This document shows, piece by piece, positions 26,711 to 36,302 of a DNA stretch of 64,000 nt. The stretch's first letter is position 1, and each line of letters opens with the position of its first letter. Below the pieces are notes generated by a model that saw nothing but the letters and a program-made list of their open reading frames with translations, searched no databases and was not told the origin of the DNA. This DNA comes from a virus. The position numbers were made by a program, and so were the translations under genes. The DNA lies in the IMG/VR virus record IMGVR_UViG_3300035152_000026, positions 22,002-86,001 of that record; one strand, written 5' to 3'.

Positions 26711-27580
26711 ATGAGTCATCGAACCTTTGGATTGGTATTGGTAGCGACCTCGGCCTGTGGAACAGTATCAACGAATTATGATGCTGACCCTGTGGATGCA
26801 CGACACGCCGACGCAACGATCGAAGCGGACGCACTTCCCGCCGTGGACAGTTCGCCGGCAGATGCAGACAACATCGACAGCACCGTGGCAGATGCTGCGG
26901 ACCTGACTGCCATGGTGGCTGTTCCCGCAGGCGTTTTCTGGATGGGCTGCAACGTCACCAGCGACCCGTGTGCGGACCCGAACGAGTTGCCTATACACGA
27001 GGTCACACTGGGGGATTTTCTGATCGATGCTACTGAAGTCACCGAGGCCGCGTATGGAGAGTGTGCAGCGGCCAGTGTTTGTGCGATACCGTTGATCTCG
27101 GATGGGCCAGAGAATCCAGTCCGGGGCGTTACGTGGGCGCAAGCGCAGACATACTGTGAATGGCGCGGTAAACGTTTACCCACAGAAGCAGAGTGGGAGA
27201 AGGCAGCGAGAGGAACAGACGCACGACGCTATCCTTGGGATTCAGGGGCAATCAGCTGTGACTTCGCCAACTACACCTCCTGTCAATCGCCGGTAGATCA
27301 CGCTGTCGCTGTCGGTCAGTACCCAGATGGTGTGAGTCCGTACGGCGCGTACGACATGGCGGGGAATGCCGCTGAGTGGGTCCACGATTGGTACTCAGCG
27401 ACCTACTACGAAGAATCCCCGGATGCCGATCCGAAGGGCCCCGTGACCGGTACAGAGCGCGTCGTGCGCGGCGGCTCGGCGACCTCCTCCTCTCCGTATC
27501 TACGGACTGCGGCACGCACGTCACGTGAGCCCGGCGTAGCCAGCAACGACGTCGGATTTCGTTGCGCGAAGGATGACTGA
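26711..27580 (+). CDS. formylglycine-generating enzyme (FGE/SUMF1)-like lipoprotein
   Basis: Start at ATG with aaaggag SD. Signal peptide LVLVATSAC. FGE-sulfatase domain motifs YDMAGNAAEWV and RVVRGGS. Confidence 0.75.
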   Translation: MSHRTFGLVLVATSACGTVSTNYDADPVDARHADATIEADALPAVDSSPADADNIDSTVADAADLTAMVAVPAGVFWMGCNVTSDPCADPNELPIHEVTLGDFLIDATEVTEAAYGECAAASVCAIPLISDGPENPVRGVTWAQAQTYCEWRGKRLPTEAEWEKAARGTDARRYPWDSGAISCDFANYTSCQSPVDHAVAVGQYPDGVSPYGAYDMAGNAAEWVHDWYSATYYEESPDADPKGPVTGTERVVRGGSATSSSPYLRTAARTSREPGVASNDVGFRCAKDD

Positions 27581-27611
27581 CTGGCACTCCGGCCGATCAA
27601 GGAAGAATCGT

Positions 27612-28010
27612 ATGAAGTTCGCTTTCGATATCGGAGGGGTCATTTCCAAGTACCCTGACGTTTTCTACGAATTGATGCTGGCCCTGCTGGTAGCTGGTCA
27701 CGAGGTTCACGTCATCACTGACATGCACGACAAAGTCCACTCATTGGACATGTTGAGCAAGAACGGGTTCAGTTTCATCCCTTCACGTATGGTCCACAAC
27801 GCCAACTACACAGAGCATGGTGAACTGTGCAAAGCGGTGCTCTTGAAGGAGTTGGAGATCGATATGTTCTTCGACGACTTCCCTGGGTACTTGACGGAGG
27901 GCTGCCCTGTGCGTTGCCAAGTTCTCCCAGATCCAAGACGCCCTTACTACGCACCCTCCTGGAAAACGGACGGGTCGGAGGGGAATTTCGGTAGGAGAAC
28001 TCCGAAATGA
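27612..28010 (+). CDS. hypothetical protein
   Basis: SD aggaag upstream of MKFAFDIGGV. Confidence 0.5.
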   Translation: MKFAFDIGGVISKYPDVFYELMLALLVAGHEVHVITDMHDKVHSLDMLSKNGFSFIPSRMVHNANYTEHGELCKAVLLKELEIDMFFDDFPGYLTEGCPVRCQVLPDPRRPYYAPSWKTDGSEGNFGRRTPK

Positions 28011-28159
28011 TCGAGGTCATTATCGCTCTCGCAACGCTTGGTGTTGCCTTCGCAGTCGCGGCCTTCAACGTGCTTCGTCAGAAGAAACCGCAACAGAAGC
28101 CCGTGTCGAAGAAGGTCCCGCAGGTAGTTCATCAAAGCAACGAAGAGCTACTACGATGA
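28007..28159 (+). CDS. small membrane protein (50 aa)
   Basis: ATGA overlap. One TM helix followed by a Lys-rich tail. Confidence 0.3.
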   Translation: MIEVIIALATLGVAFAVAAFNVLRQKKPQQKPVSKKVPQVVHQSNEELLR

Positions 28160-28190
28160 TTCGCTCCCACGTGAAAGGTTGGAAACACTG

Positions 28191-28424
28191 ATGGCTTACT
28201 TCATTCTCCACAGCAGCGAAGATGGCTTCCACACCGAGGAGGTATCGAAAGAGGAGTTGTTGGAGCGGGTATCGGACCCGGACTACTACGGGCGTGTAGA
28301 GATTTGCACCGAAATGCCGGAGAAGTCAGATCCCAACTACTGGGGCAGCAAGCTCGTCATCATCAAGGGTAAAGTGGTCGTACCGCATGCCAAGAAAGTC
28401 GTGACCGAGTACGAGGTGGACTGA
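28191..28424 (+). CDS. hypothetical protein
   Basis: ORF 28179..28424. Acidic. Confidence 0.4.
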   Translation: MAYFILHSSEDGFHTEEVSKEELLERVSDPDYYGRVEICTEMPEKSDPNYWGSKLVIIKGKVVVPHAKKVVTEYEVD

Positions 28425-28475
28425 TCACTGGGCTGTGTCACGGTCGGAGACAAGCACGCAGTGGGGAGGTATGTG

Positions 28476-28853
28476 ATGGTCAATGACCCGGAAGACCAAC
28501 GTGTCCGTAAAGAAATGCGCCGACGCGTAGCGTCGATGCGCATCCCCTCACTGGAACAGCGTGTACGAGAACTCGAAGAGTTCGTCGCCCGTTGGCTTTC
28601 GACGACGGAACCTCGGGGGGAAGTGGTGAGTTTCTGCGTGGCAAGAGGAGACATAATGGAAGACGCACGCATGTCAGATCGAAACTGGGAAGCCTTGTTG
28701 CTTGCGACGCTGGAGCGTGCCCGAAGGCACTTTCCGTCCGGCCCTTTCGAGAAGGAGGACCTGGAGAAGATGTCTACCACCGAGCGCAGGCAAGCCGCAC
28801 TTGGGGCGGACATCGACAACATCCTATCAATAGCCGATGAGCGCGCCGCGTAA
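28476..28853 (+). CDS. hypothetical protein
   Basis: SD ggggagg upstream of ATG 28476. Confidence 0.45.
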   Translation: MVNDPEDQRVRKEMRRRVASMRIPSLEQRVRELEEFVARWLSTTEPRGEVVSFCVARGDIMEDARMSDRNWEALLLATLERARRHFPSGPFEKEDLEKMSTTERRQAALGADIDNILSIADERAA

Positions 28854-29052
28854 AATCACGGTCACGATGACCTCCAAGGTGAGGCGCGGGCTCAAAATGC
28901 TGCTTCACCCGTTGGTCGTTGACGGTCTCGATTGTGCTGTCAGCCGCGACGAATTGCTCGACTTTGGCATTACCCAACGCATGCTCGACGACGCACGATC
29001 AGCAGCAGCATGGATTCGCGCACTGCCCACCGCCGAGGTAGCCGATGACTGA
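28837..29052 (+). CDS. hypothetical protein
   Basis: Overlapping ATG. 71 aa. Confidence 0.3.
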   Translation: MSAPRKITVTMTSKVRRGLKMLLHPLVVDGLDCAVSRDELLDFGITQRMLDDARSAAAWIRALPTAEVADD

Positions 29053-29058
29053 TGTGAA

Positions 29059-29106
29059 GAAGCTGGCGGAAGCCACCGTTACCAAGCTGGCGGAAGCCAC
29101 CGTTAC
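29059..29106 (+). repeat. 24-bp tandem duplication (AAGCTGGCGGAAGCCACCGTTAC)
   Basis: Two adjacent copies inside a 21-codon micro-ORF (KLAEATVT x2). Confidence 0.7.
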
Positions 29107-29311
29107 GTGAGGCGGCTTCGCGCCCGCGTCGAGGAGTTGGAGAGGACGCTTAGGATCGAGGAGGAGCGAGAAGAAGCCACTCCCTGAGCGAGATTAGAGC
29201 AGTACACAGGTTATCCACAGGGACAATAGTGGTTGTGGTGCGGCGCCTAGATCAGTATAACCCTAGGGCGCGCTACAGAAGACCGAGGTCGTAGAGCGCG
29301 AGAGACACAAA

Positions 29312-29704
29312 ATGAAAACTACGGCACTAGCTGCGTTGCTCGACGAATTCCATCGATTCGGAACGCCCTCGCACCCGGATCAACAGATTTGCTGCTGCAA
29401 CGAACGTGACATCGAGCTAGCGCGTGCAGAACTCGACGAAATCCAGGCCTATGCCGATCTGCCGTGCTACCTGTGTGCCGTTCCCGGAAAGGACGAACGC
29501 TGTCGGACATCTGTGTGCGCGAACTGCGGGCACAAGCTACTGGTCGAGCGCGATCAGCTGCGGGCCGAGAACAGAAAGCTCAAGCTGGAACGAGCCATCG
29601 CGATAGCCGAGCTACATTACGCCAACGCAGTTACTGGCGATGAGGAGGATCGATGGCTCGCCGAGTGCGACCGTTTGCATGATTGCTTGAGGGAAGAAAC
29701 GTAA
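29312..29704 (+). CDS. Cys-rich hypothetical protein
   Basis: 130 aa with several CxxC motifs. Confidence 0.5.
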   Translation: MKTTALAALLDEFHRFGTPSHPDQQICCCNERDIELARAELDEIQAYADLPCYLCAVPGKDERCRTSVCANCGHKLLVERDQLRAENRKLKLERAIAIAELHYANAVTGDEEDRWLAECDRLHDCLREET

Positions 29705-29880
29705 TGAACCCGATGACGGTAAAAGAGCTAATCAAAGCACTCGAAAACGCGGCTGAAGACATGACTGTGTGGACTACGTGCATTAGCTACTCTGGCAAAG
29801 TAGCTGATAGTCCAGTGCTGAAGGTCGAAGCCGTGGAAGACGGATTGCGTCGCGTCTACTTGCGCATCGAGGACTGGTAG
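29704..29880 (+). CDS. small hypothetical protein
   Basis: ATG overlaps the upstream TAA. Confidence 0.4.
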   Translation: MNPMTVKELIKALENAAEDMTVWTTCISYSGKVADSPVLKVEAVEDGLRRVYLRIEDW

Positions 29881-29892
29881 AAAGGAACGGCC

Positions 29893-30189
29893 ATGAGTGG
29901 AGGAGACGACTTCCGAACGCAGTACCGCGATCTAGGTATGGGCGAACCCCGCGAACGTGAGGCTCCTGAGGAAGCCCCCAAGCACACTATCCTGCGGCTC
30001 ACTCAGCAGTACGGAGTTCGCAAGGTCGAGGTGTGGGTGAAGCAAGCGGCCAAGAAGGTAGAAGCGGAGGCGCGCAGTCAAAAGGAGCAGCATCGCCGCG
30101 AGGAAATCAGGCGCCTTCAGGCTGTGGCAGATCAGGGTGAGAAGGCCAAGAAGCGCATCCGCGAATTGGAGAGAGAGAGTGATGCCTGA
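29893..30189 (+). CDS. charged coiled-coil protein
   Basis: SD aaaggaacgg. 98 aa. Confidence 0.45.
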   Translation: MSGGDDFRTQYRDLGMGEPREREAPEEAPKHTILRLTQQYGVRKVEVWVKQAAKKVEAEARSQKEQHRREEIRRLQAVADQGEKAKKRIRELERESDA

Positions 30190-30841
30190 TAGAGAGTGGA
30201 GAGTGGATCTCAATCATCCACCGCACAGCATCAGGAAGCCCGATCCAACACCGCATGATGCAGTTTGTTTGTTCGATCTCGACGGCACGCTCGCGGACTA
30301 CGATGCAGCGATGGGTCAACAGATGCAGCGTTTGTGCTCGGAGGCCGAGGTTGCAGTACTCAGAAGCGGCGAGCTGAAGGATTCCTGGTGGCACGCTACT
30401 ACACCGTGGATGAGCGCGCGGCGAAAGCTCATCAAGGCCCAGCCGGGGTTCTGGCGCAACCTTCAACCTGTCAAACGTGGCTTCGACGTCCTGGAAGTCG
30501 CTCGCGAGCTGAGCTTCGAGAACCACGCGCTGACCAAGGGGCCCACCAACGCGGCCGCGTGGATGGAGAAGGTAGAGTGGTGCCAAGAGCACACGCCCGA
30601 TCTACACATCACCATCGGGCAGAAAAAGTCACTGGTCTACGGCAAGGTGCTCGTCGATGACTGGCCGGCGTACTTCCTGCCCTGGCTCGAAGTGCGACCG
30701 CGTGGACTGGTCGTCGCGATCAAGCAACCGTGGAACGCCGACGTCAAGCATCCGAACCTGGTTATCTACGACGGTACCAACCTCGACCAGGTTCGTGAGC
30801 GCATGTTCAAGGCTCGCGCCTCAGCGCAGAGAAAAGATTAG
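30182..30841 (+). CDS. HAD-superfamily 5'(3')-deoxyribonucleotidase-like protein
   Basis: FDLDGTLADYD motif I. SD ggagagagag. Confidence 0.65.
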   Translation: MPDREWRVDLNHPPHSIRKPDPTPHDAVCLFDLDGTLADYDAAMGQQMQRLCSEAEVAVLRSGELKDSWWHATTPWMSARRKLIKAQPGFWRNLQPVKRGFDVLEVARELSFENHALTKGPTNAAAWMEKVEWCQEHTPDLHITIGQKKSLVYGKVLVDDWPAYFLPWLEVRPRGLVVAIKQPWNADVKHPNLVIYDGTNLDQVRERMFKARASAQRKD

Positions 30842-30862
30842 AAGGCGGAAAGGACGGAGAAA

Positions 30863-31186
30863 ATGAAGAAGCTAGCGTTTTGGGTGATTACGTTCACCCT
30901 GGTGATGTCTTGCAAGATGGGCAGTGGAGATGCTCCTGGCCATGCCCGAGAATGGGCTCAGAAACACTACGCTGGTGAGTTCAGCGACGTGGAGTGTCAG
31001 TCGTCAGACAGTGATGACGATGGTTACGTGTCCTGCACCGTCTTCTTCAAGAAGCAGGAAGCCTCGGCTAGCCGTTCACCGGATCCAATCGCCATCGAGT
31101 GCGCCCACGGTCATGGCAACTTTTTCAAGTGCAACAAGCAGACAGGCTGTCGGATGGCGACTGGCAAAGGTGTTCGGAGGAAGTGA
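30863..31186 (+). CDS. putative lipoprotein
   Basis: Signal peptide with LVMSC lipobox. SD aaaggacggag. Confidence 0.5.
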   Translation: MKKLAFWVITFTLVMSCKMGSGDAPGHAREWAQKHYAGEFSDVECQSSDSDDDGYVSCTVFFKKQEASASRSPDPIAIECAHGHGNFFKCNKQTGCRMATGKGVRRK

Positions 31187-31375
31187 TGGGGTTCAAGAGT
31201 CGAAAGCATGGACCTAGGAGATCCCCTCCGTATGTCTTGTGGGCTCGCTTGCGATCACGTCGAAGGCGGGACCGGAAGCGAAGTTGCGCATCCGTAGGGA
31301 CGATGGGAGCGCCTTACGCCTCCCTTGAGTTGGAGGAGGCGTGAGCAGCGAACATGCCGTGACGGAGCTACAGTG

Positions 31376-32221
31376 ATTCGCCGTATCGACATACCACCCG
31401 ACGCCGTCGTGTTCATTCACAGCGCATCCAAGAGCCAACTCCCACGGGATCACTGGTTCTGTATAGAGTGCCGCAAGCCGCCGAACATTATGGAGCTACG
31501 CACGTCGGGGGTAATCTATGACAGGGAAGCGGTCGATAAGATCGCCGCAGCCGCAGACGCTCGTGACTGGAAGACTGTATTCGCTGTCGCGGCGACTCGA
31601 TCGCAGATCTACAACCTCAATCAATGGCCTAAGTCGGGGCTGAATCTAACGGCCGCGTTTCACAACACACATATCGAGGACGGTATTCTTTACTATCGTC
31701 CGGTTCGCCCGGTTCCTGACCCTACGCCACGCCCTCCGCGTCGTCCACGAATTGGCGCGTGGACGTCCTTTAGTGAAGCGGTACGGAGAATCCGCGAGAT
31801 TATGGGCGTCGAGCTGACGGTCGAGCTGACGGTCGCGCGGCACCGTGCTGCACTGGAAGATGCTGGGGTCCTCAAAGTGATGTGGCGTGGCAAGGCGCGC
31901 CGGTGTCGTATCATCTCAACAGACAAAACGAAGATTCAGGCAGCGATTGACAGTGCGCCAGCCCTCCCAGACCCTGAGCTTCAAAAGGCAGCTCTTCGTC
32001 GCATCGAAAAGTCGATCGCGGGCATCCGCGCTGACCCGCAAGGCGACTTGGCGTGCGCTACAGCCGAGATACTGTCGAGTAGACCGTCTGTGTGCGATCC
32101 AGTTTTTCACCCGCCCGTCGATGTGCCCTCACTTGACAGATACGAAGCGGCTCACTGGCCGGAGATACGTCCTGGCACTGCTCACTGGTTTCTCGACGGA
32201 GAACCACAAAGGGGCTACTGA
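31376..32221 (+). CDS. hypothetical protein
   Basis: ORF 31325..32221. GTG at 31376 preferred because of an SD. The start is uncertain. Confidence 0.45.
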   Translation: MRRIDIPPDAVVFIHSASKSQLPRDHWFCIECRKPPNIMELRTSGVIYDREAVDKIAAAADARDWKTVFAVAATRSQIYNLNQWPKSGLNLTAAFHNTHIEDGILYYRPVRPVPDPTPRPPRRPRIGAWTSFSEAVRRIREIMGVELTVELTVARHRAALEDAGVLKVMWRGKARRCRIISTDKTKIQAAIDSAPALPDPELQKAALRRIEKSIAGIRADPQGDLACATAEILSSRPSVCDPVFHPPVDVPSLDRYEAAHWPEIRPGTAHWFLDGEPQRGY

Positions 32222-32239
32222 CTACAACAAGGAGACAAT

Positions 32240-32452
32240 GTGGCGATGACAGCGTTTTGCAAGTGTGCCGTTTGCGGCGATACGTGGGATGACGCTAAGG
32301 GTGAACACATCTGTTGTGGAAGGAAGAAGCCATCCGCCTGCAAGGACTGCGCACTGACAACAGTGTGTGTGATTCTGCAAGCCGTTCCTCGCGCAGCTAC
32401 TGTAGAGATCACGGAGTGTAGCGCGCGCATTCCGTGGTCAGCGGTGCGATAA
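32240..32452 (+). CDS. Cys-rich small protein
   Basis: 70 aa with 9 Cys. Confidence 0.4.
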   Translation: MAMTAFCKCAVCGDTWDDAKGEHICCGRKKPSACKDCALTTVCVILQAVPRAATVEITECSARIPWSAVR

Positions 32453-32697
32453 TGGAACGCAACACAGCTGCGACAAACGTCGATGGGTTGCCAGTAATTC
32501 AGAGCCCGGTCGTGCGCGAGTTTCTCGACGCGCTCGAAGCGATCTATCGACCGAACCTGAACTACCTGGCGCTCGAACCCGATACGGCGCTCAACAAAGA
32601 CGGGTTGCGGCTCAAGCGTGCCTATTTGGCGCTGCGTGAGTGTCGTGTGTGTCACGACCTACGCGATGTTGTTCCTGAAGCGCGGGTGGAGAAGTAA
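32452..32697 (+). CDS. hypothetical protein
   Basis: Internal ATG 32452. Confidence 0.4.
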   Translation: MERNTAATNVDGLPVIQSPVVREFLDALEAIYRPNLNYLALEPDTALNKDGLRLKRAYLALRECRVCHDLRDVVPEARVEK

Positions 32698-33089
32698 TGG
32701 GTAGCAAGCCGAGACAGGAACGCGTTCTGGTCAGGTCCGCGATCCCGCCATGTCATGGCCACAACTACCACGTGTTTGGACTCGGTGAGTCCAAATGCAG
32801 TGTGTGTGGTTGGAATCGCGATACGTACTACGAGCTGCTTCTCAATCAGCATAAGACCTGCCCGCACTGTGGCGAGACGTGGAACGACTGCCTGACCGAT
32901 CACTACTGTCAATCGCTACTCGGCGTTGTTCACCGCGTTGTCGAAAACAAAGAGTGGGATCCGGCTGGCCAAACGTTACGTCTCGCAGAGGCGCTTTTGC
33001 GTATCGAACAGCTTGCGCGCGAGCACGATCCGTTCAGTGCTGATGGTGAGCTGGCTCGCAACATTCTTGACGTCTTGGAGGCACGGTGA
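32697..33089 (+). CDS. zinc-finger protein
   Basis: ATGG overlap. CSVCG...CPHCG motifs. Confidence 0.5.
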   Translation: MGSKPRQERVLVRSAIPPCHGHNYHVFGLGESKCSVCGWNRDTYYELLLNQHKTCPHCGETWNDCLTDHYCQSLLGVVHRVVENKEWDPAGQTLRLAEALLRIEQLAREHDPFSADGELARNILDVLEAR

Positions 33090-33349
33090 GACTGAGCACG
33101 CCGAATATGTCGGACGGTGATTACGTTCTTCGTATCCACCCCATGGACGATAATCTTCGGGGCTACTGCGAGTGTTGCGGGACATGGGTAAGGCAAAATG
33201 ACTCGGAGATCTCGGCGTGTCCTATGCGCTGGCTGAGCGAGCATGGCATGGAATGGCGGTGCAAGTGCCGTGAGGAGATTAGAAAAAACCGCCCGCGCAC
33301 GGAAGCGGAACTTCGTGCCATCCACACCAGATTGCGGAGCCAACCGTAG
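33086..33349 (+). CDS. Cys-rich hypothetical protein
   Basis: GTGA overlap. 87 aa. Confidence 0.45.
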   Translation: MRLSTPNMSDGDYVLRIHPMDDNLRGYCECCGTWVRQNDSEISACPMRWLSEHGMEWRCKCREEIRKNRPRTEAELRAIHTRLRSQP

Positions 33350-33369
33350 ACGGCAGGAGACGGCCAGCG

Positions 33370-33675
33370 ATGAGACCTACCCGTGACTGGCGCGAGATCG
33401 ACAAAGCCACAGCTCGTTTTCTGCACCGTCACGGCGTTCGCACGAAGAAGGTCTTGTCAGAGGATCAAACACGTGTAGTTCACCTCGTGGCACCCTGGGC
33501 AGACGATGTCTGGCGACGTTTGCGCCGTCACCGTCACGGCGATTACCTACCAGGAGTTTTTCGCCGTGCGTTACGACGCGCAGTGCACGACAGCGAATTC
33601 CGTCAGGCGCTGCATGCAGCTTGTGACATCTACATGGAACGCAAGTTCCTCAGGGATCAGGAATTCAATGGCTGA
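33370..33675 (+). CDS. hypothetical basic protein
   Basis: 101 aa. Confidence 0.45.
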   Translation: MRPTRDWREIDKATARFLHRHGVRTKKVLSEDQTRVVHLVAPWADDVWRRLRRHRHGDYLPGVFRRALRRAVHDSEFRQALHAACDIYMERKFLRDQEFNG

Positions 33676-33916
33676 AGTCGATCGTGGGCTAGCGATGAGA
33701 CAAAACATCTACACAGTAGAAGTTCAAGATAGTAGCGGCAAGTGGCATCCAGGTCCCACATTCAACGGTCTGGATTGCCTTACTGGCTATGTCGGTGGTC
33801 ATTTTACTGGCAGCTACGAGCGCGCTAAACAGCACGCGGTCAACATAGCTAGGCTAAGAAAACCTGACACCACGCGTATCTGCCACTACCGGCAAAAGCG
33901 GGTAGAGAAAATATAA
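33668..33916 (+). CDS. hypothetical protein
   Basis: ATG with aggaa SD inside ORF 33506..33916. Confidence 0.4.
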   Translation: MAEVDRGLAMRQNIYTVEVQDSSGKWHPGPTFNGLDCLTGYVGGHFTGSYERAKQHAVNIARLRKPDTTRICHYRQKRVEKI

Positions 33917-33934
33917 ACCACCAAGGAGAACGAC

Positions 33935-34126
33935 ATGCCCAACAAGCTGCTGCTATTCGAGCTGGATGGCGACGACGAAACCCAGATTCCCTACCTCGTG
34001 CCGGCTGAGAACTGGCGAGAAGCCTGTGAGCAGCTCTCTGGCATAGGTGCACACACCCGGCTCGTGAACGCGCTCGAAGCACTCGGCATCGAGGTGTTTA
34101 CTCAGGACAAGCCAGATGAAAACTGA
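33935..34126 (+). CDS. small acidic protein
   Basis: SD aaggagaacg. Confidence 0.5.
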   Translation: MPNKLLLFELDGDDETQIPYLVPAENWREACEQLSGIGAHTRLVNALEALGIEVFTQDKPDEN

Positions 34127-34811
34127 GCTGATTGACAACATCCTCGACGGCTACGCTGAGATCATTCGCGACCTGCTCGACAGCCCTGATCGACTGCGAT
34201 TCGAGCGCATCACGCGCATTGCCAAGCTCGCGCATGCGCTGCATCAGCAAACCGCAATGCGCGTCGGCGAAATGGCAATTGACTACGAGGCTGGTGTGGT
34301 TCACTACGCTGAAGACGGCGCCAACTACGTGCTTGGTGGTGGTGACCACACAACAAACCAGGCTGACGTAATCCGTGAAGTCGTTGGTGCGTTTCATCCG
34401 GTCATCCGCCTCTACATGGAGCGTGAGCAGGAGACGCGGCTACGTAAGCTCTTCGACCTGCGTGCACTGATGGAAGAGGCTGATCAAGACATCTCAGTTA
34501 TTGACGAGCGGATCGCCAAGCTAACAGCCGATCTACAGAAGGAGAACAGTCATGCACATTCCGGTGTGGTACATCCCGAGCTTCTACGGGGACATCCGAG
34601 TGGAGCCGACGGGCCCGGAGAGCTGCAAGGTGATCGCAGAGAATCTGAGCGTCCAGGAAATGGCAGCGCTGGACCGGCTGCGGAAGACAGCTACGAAGAA
34701 GGGTTGGCTTGCTGCGACGGAGAGGCTGGACTGGACGGGCACGACGATGGTGGGAGCACCCATCGACAAGGTTGCCGGCGTCATTGCACGTTTCCTGAAA
34801 CCGGAGCGTAA
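34116..34811 (+). CDS. hypothetical protein; 3' end uncertain
   Basis: N-terminal ~150 aa are protein-like. The tail is Gly-rich low-complexity and overlaps the next gene by 260 nt. Confidence 0.35.
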   Translation: MKTELIDNILDGYAEIIRDLLDSPDRLRFERITRIAKLAHALHQQTAMRVGEMAIDYEAGVVHYAEDGANYVLGGGDHTTNQADVIREVVGAFHPVIRLYMEREQETRLRKLFDLRALMEEADQDISVIDERIAKLTADLQKENSHAHSGVVHPELLRGHPSGADGPGELQGDRRESERPGNGSAGPAAEDSYEEGLACCDGEAGLDGHDDGGSTHRQGCRRHCTFPETGA

Positions 34812-35475
34812 GGTCATCTCTGCGGTCAAGTTCTCCGACGGCACCATCGAAGAGATTCGCACCGCAGACTTCGAGGACGAGTCACCCAAGGACGAGGCCA
34901 ATAGCGGTCCGTACCGCGAGCCGGTAACACCAGACAAGATCATCCCGGCGAGGAAACCGGAGGCTGCGACCAGCATTGCCGCACCGACGCGTGGTTGTCC
35001 ATTTCCTGACTTCGAGAACGCTGAAATTCAGGCCCGCCGCGTGTTGACCGCGTTCCTCGACGCGGGCCAGCTCGAAGACTTCCGGCGCTACCAACGCTTC
35101 CTCAGTGTCGGCCAGACGACAGGACATCGCTACCTCATCACGAGCCGTCATGCGAACGACGAGTTGGCCCTGCGACGTACCGTACTCTACGACGTGGATG
35201 ACTCGCGGTCGGTCTGCACCCACGATTGGGATATCCCAGCCGCGGAGGAGATGCTCGCGCTACACATCTACCTCCAAATTCCCGGCGGCGAGCGGTTCCT
35301 GCGTTCGTTCCCAGGCGACGTTTTGTGGGACGGCGAAATCTACGACATCGACGGCGCGGTCATTTACCAGGACCCCGGAGTACGCGTCACCTACTACGAA
35401 GATGAGCCTGCTGAGACCGTGTCAGTTGCAGTCCGGCGCGCTGTCAACCAAATCCTGCACAAGAGTGAGAAGTGA
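34552..35475 (+). CDS. hypothetical protein (307 aa)
   Basis: SD gaaggagaac. Confidence 0.55.
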   Translation: MHIPVWYIPSFYGDIRVEPTGPESCKVIAENLSVQEMAALDRLRKTATKKGWLAATERLDWTGTTMVGAPIDKVAGVIARFLKPERKVISAVKFSDGTIEEIRTADFEDESPKDEANSGPYREPVTPDKIIPARKPEAATSIAAPTRGCPFPDFENAEIQARRVLTAFLDAGQLEDFRRYQRFLSVGQTTGHRYLITSRHANDELALRRTVLYDVDDSRSVCTHDWDIPAAEEMLALHIYLQIPGGERFLRSFPGDVLWDGEIYDIDGAVIYQDPGVRVTYYEDEPAETVSVAVRRAVNQILHKSEK

Positions 35476-35477
35476 AA

Positions 35478-35818
35478 TGCAGTACACAAAAGAAGATGTA
35501 GCCAAATGGCTCGCCGATCATATCGAGCGTCGTGAGAATCCCCCGCTCGCTGAGACGCTCCAGCAGATCCACGAGCGGACCAAGGACAACACACCGCTTC
35601 AGAGCCGCGTGAAGATCTTCCTGCACCGCGTGGACAACTTCGCGGTCCCGCTCACTGAAGCATTCGAGGGCTACAGCCACACTGACAGGCTGTACGCCTA
35701 CCATCTCGTCAAGGGCTGGTGCTCGACCTTGGTTGGCTGGGACGCGCCATCGAGTGAGTACGTCGAGGGTGGATTCGACGTCCTCATGGACTGGGTCATC
35801 GACCGCTTGGGTGTTTGA
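35478..35818 (+). CDS. hypothetical protein
   Basis: ATG 35478 within ORF 35105..35818. Confidence 0.45.
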
Positions 35819-35819
35819 G

Positions 35820-36014
35820 ATGGGCCGTCGCCGAATACCGTTGCACAACATTCCGGTCCGTACGGAGCTGGGCCATAAGATCCGTGAAGCGTTCCGTGAA
35901 GCGTTTTGTGATTCCGCGTTGCTGACGATCGACTATTCAAGCATCGAGCCACGCATCCTAGAGCACCTCGAACGCCAAGGCGTACGGGCAGTGTGGCCAA
36001 AAGAACGCCTGTGA
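35820..36014 (+). CDS. small hypothetical protein
   Basis: ATG overlapping the upstream TGA. Confidence 0.35.
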   Translation: MGRRRIPLHNIPVRTELGHKIREAFREAFCDSALLTIDYSSIEPRILEHLERQGVRAVWPKERL

Positions 36015-36274
36015 ACACCTCTGACCATTACTCGAAGGAGGCCATCGGCCTACGTGTGTTCGGCCGCAGCTCGATGTTCGGCGACAACGTTGAGCCTCAC
36101 TCCTACCACACCGTTGAGGATTACGTCTACGAGATCCGCGCGGCCGGTGACACAGGCGATATGGACTTCTTGCAGCGAGTCGCGCACTGCCTCATCCGTC
36201 GCGTGAGGGAGCGGTACTACAACAAGGGCATCGAGGACACCAAGAACGACATCCGCAACAAGTTAGGACTCTGA
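35993..36274 (+). CDS. hypothetical protein
   Basis: 93 aa. Confidence 0.4.
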   Translation: MAKRTPVNTSDHYSKEAIGLRVFGRSSMFGDNVEPHSYHTVEDYVYEIRAAGDTGDMDFLQRVAHCLIRRVRERYYNKGIEDTKNDIRNKLGL

Positions 36275-36302
36275 CAGTTAGCAGGGCGGAAAGCGAAACA
36301 CT

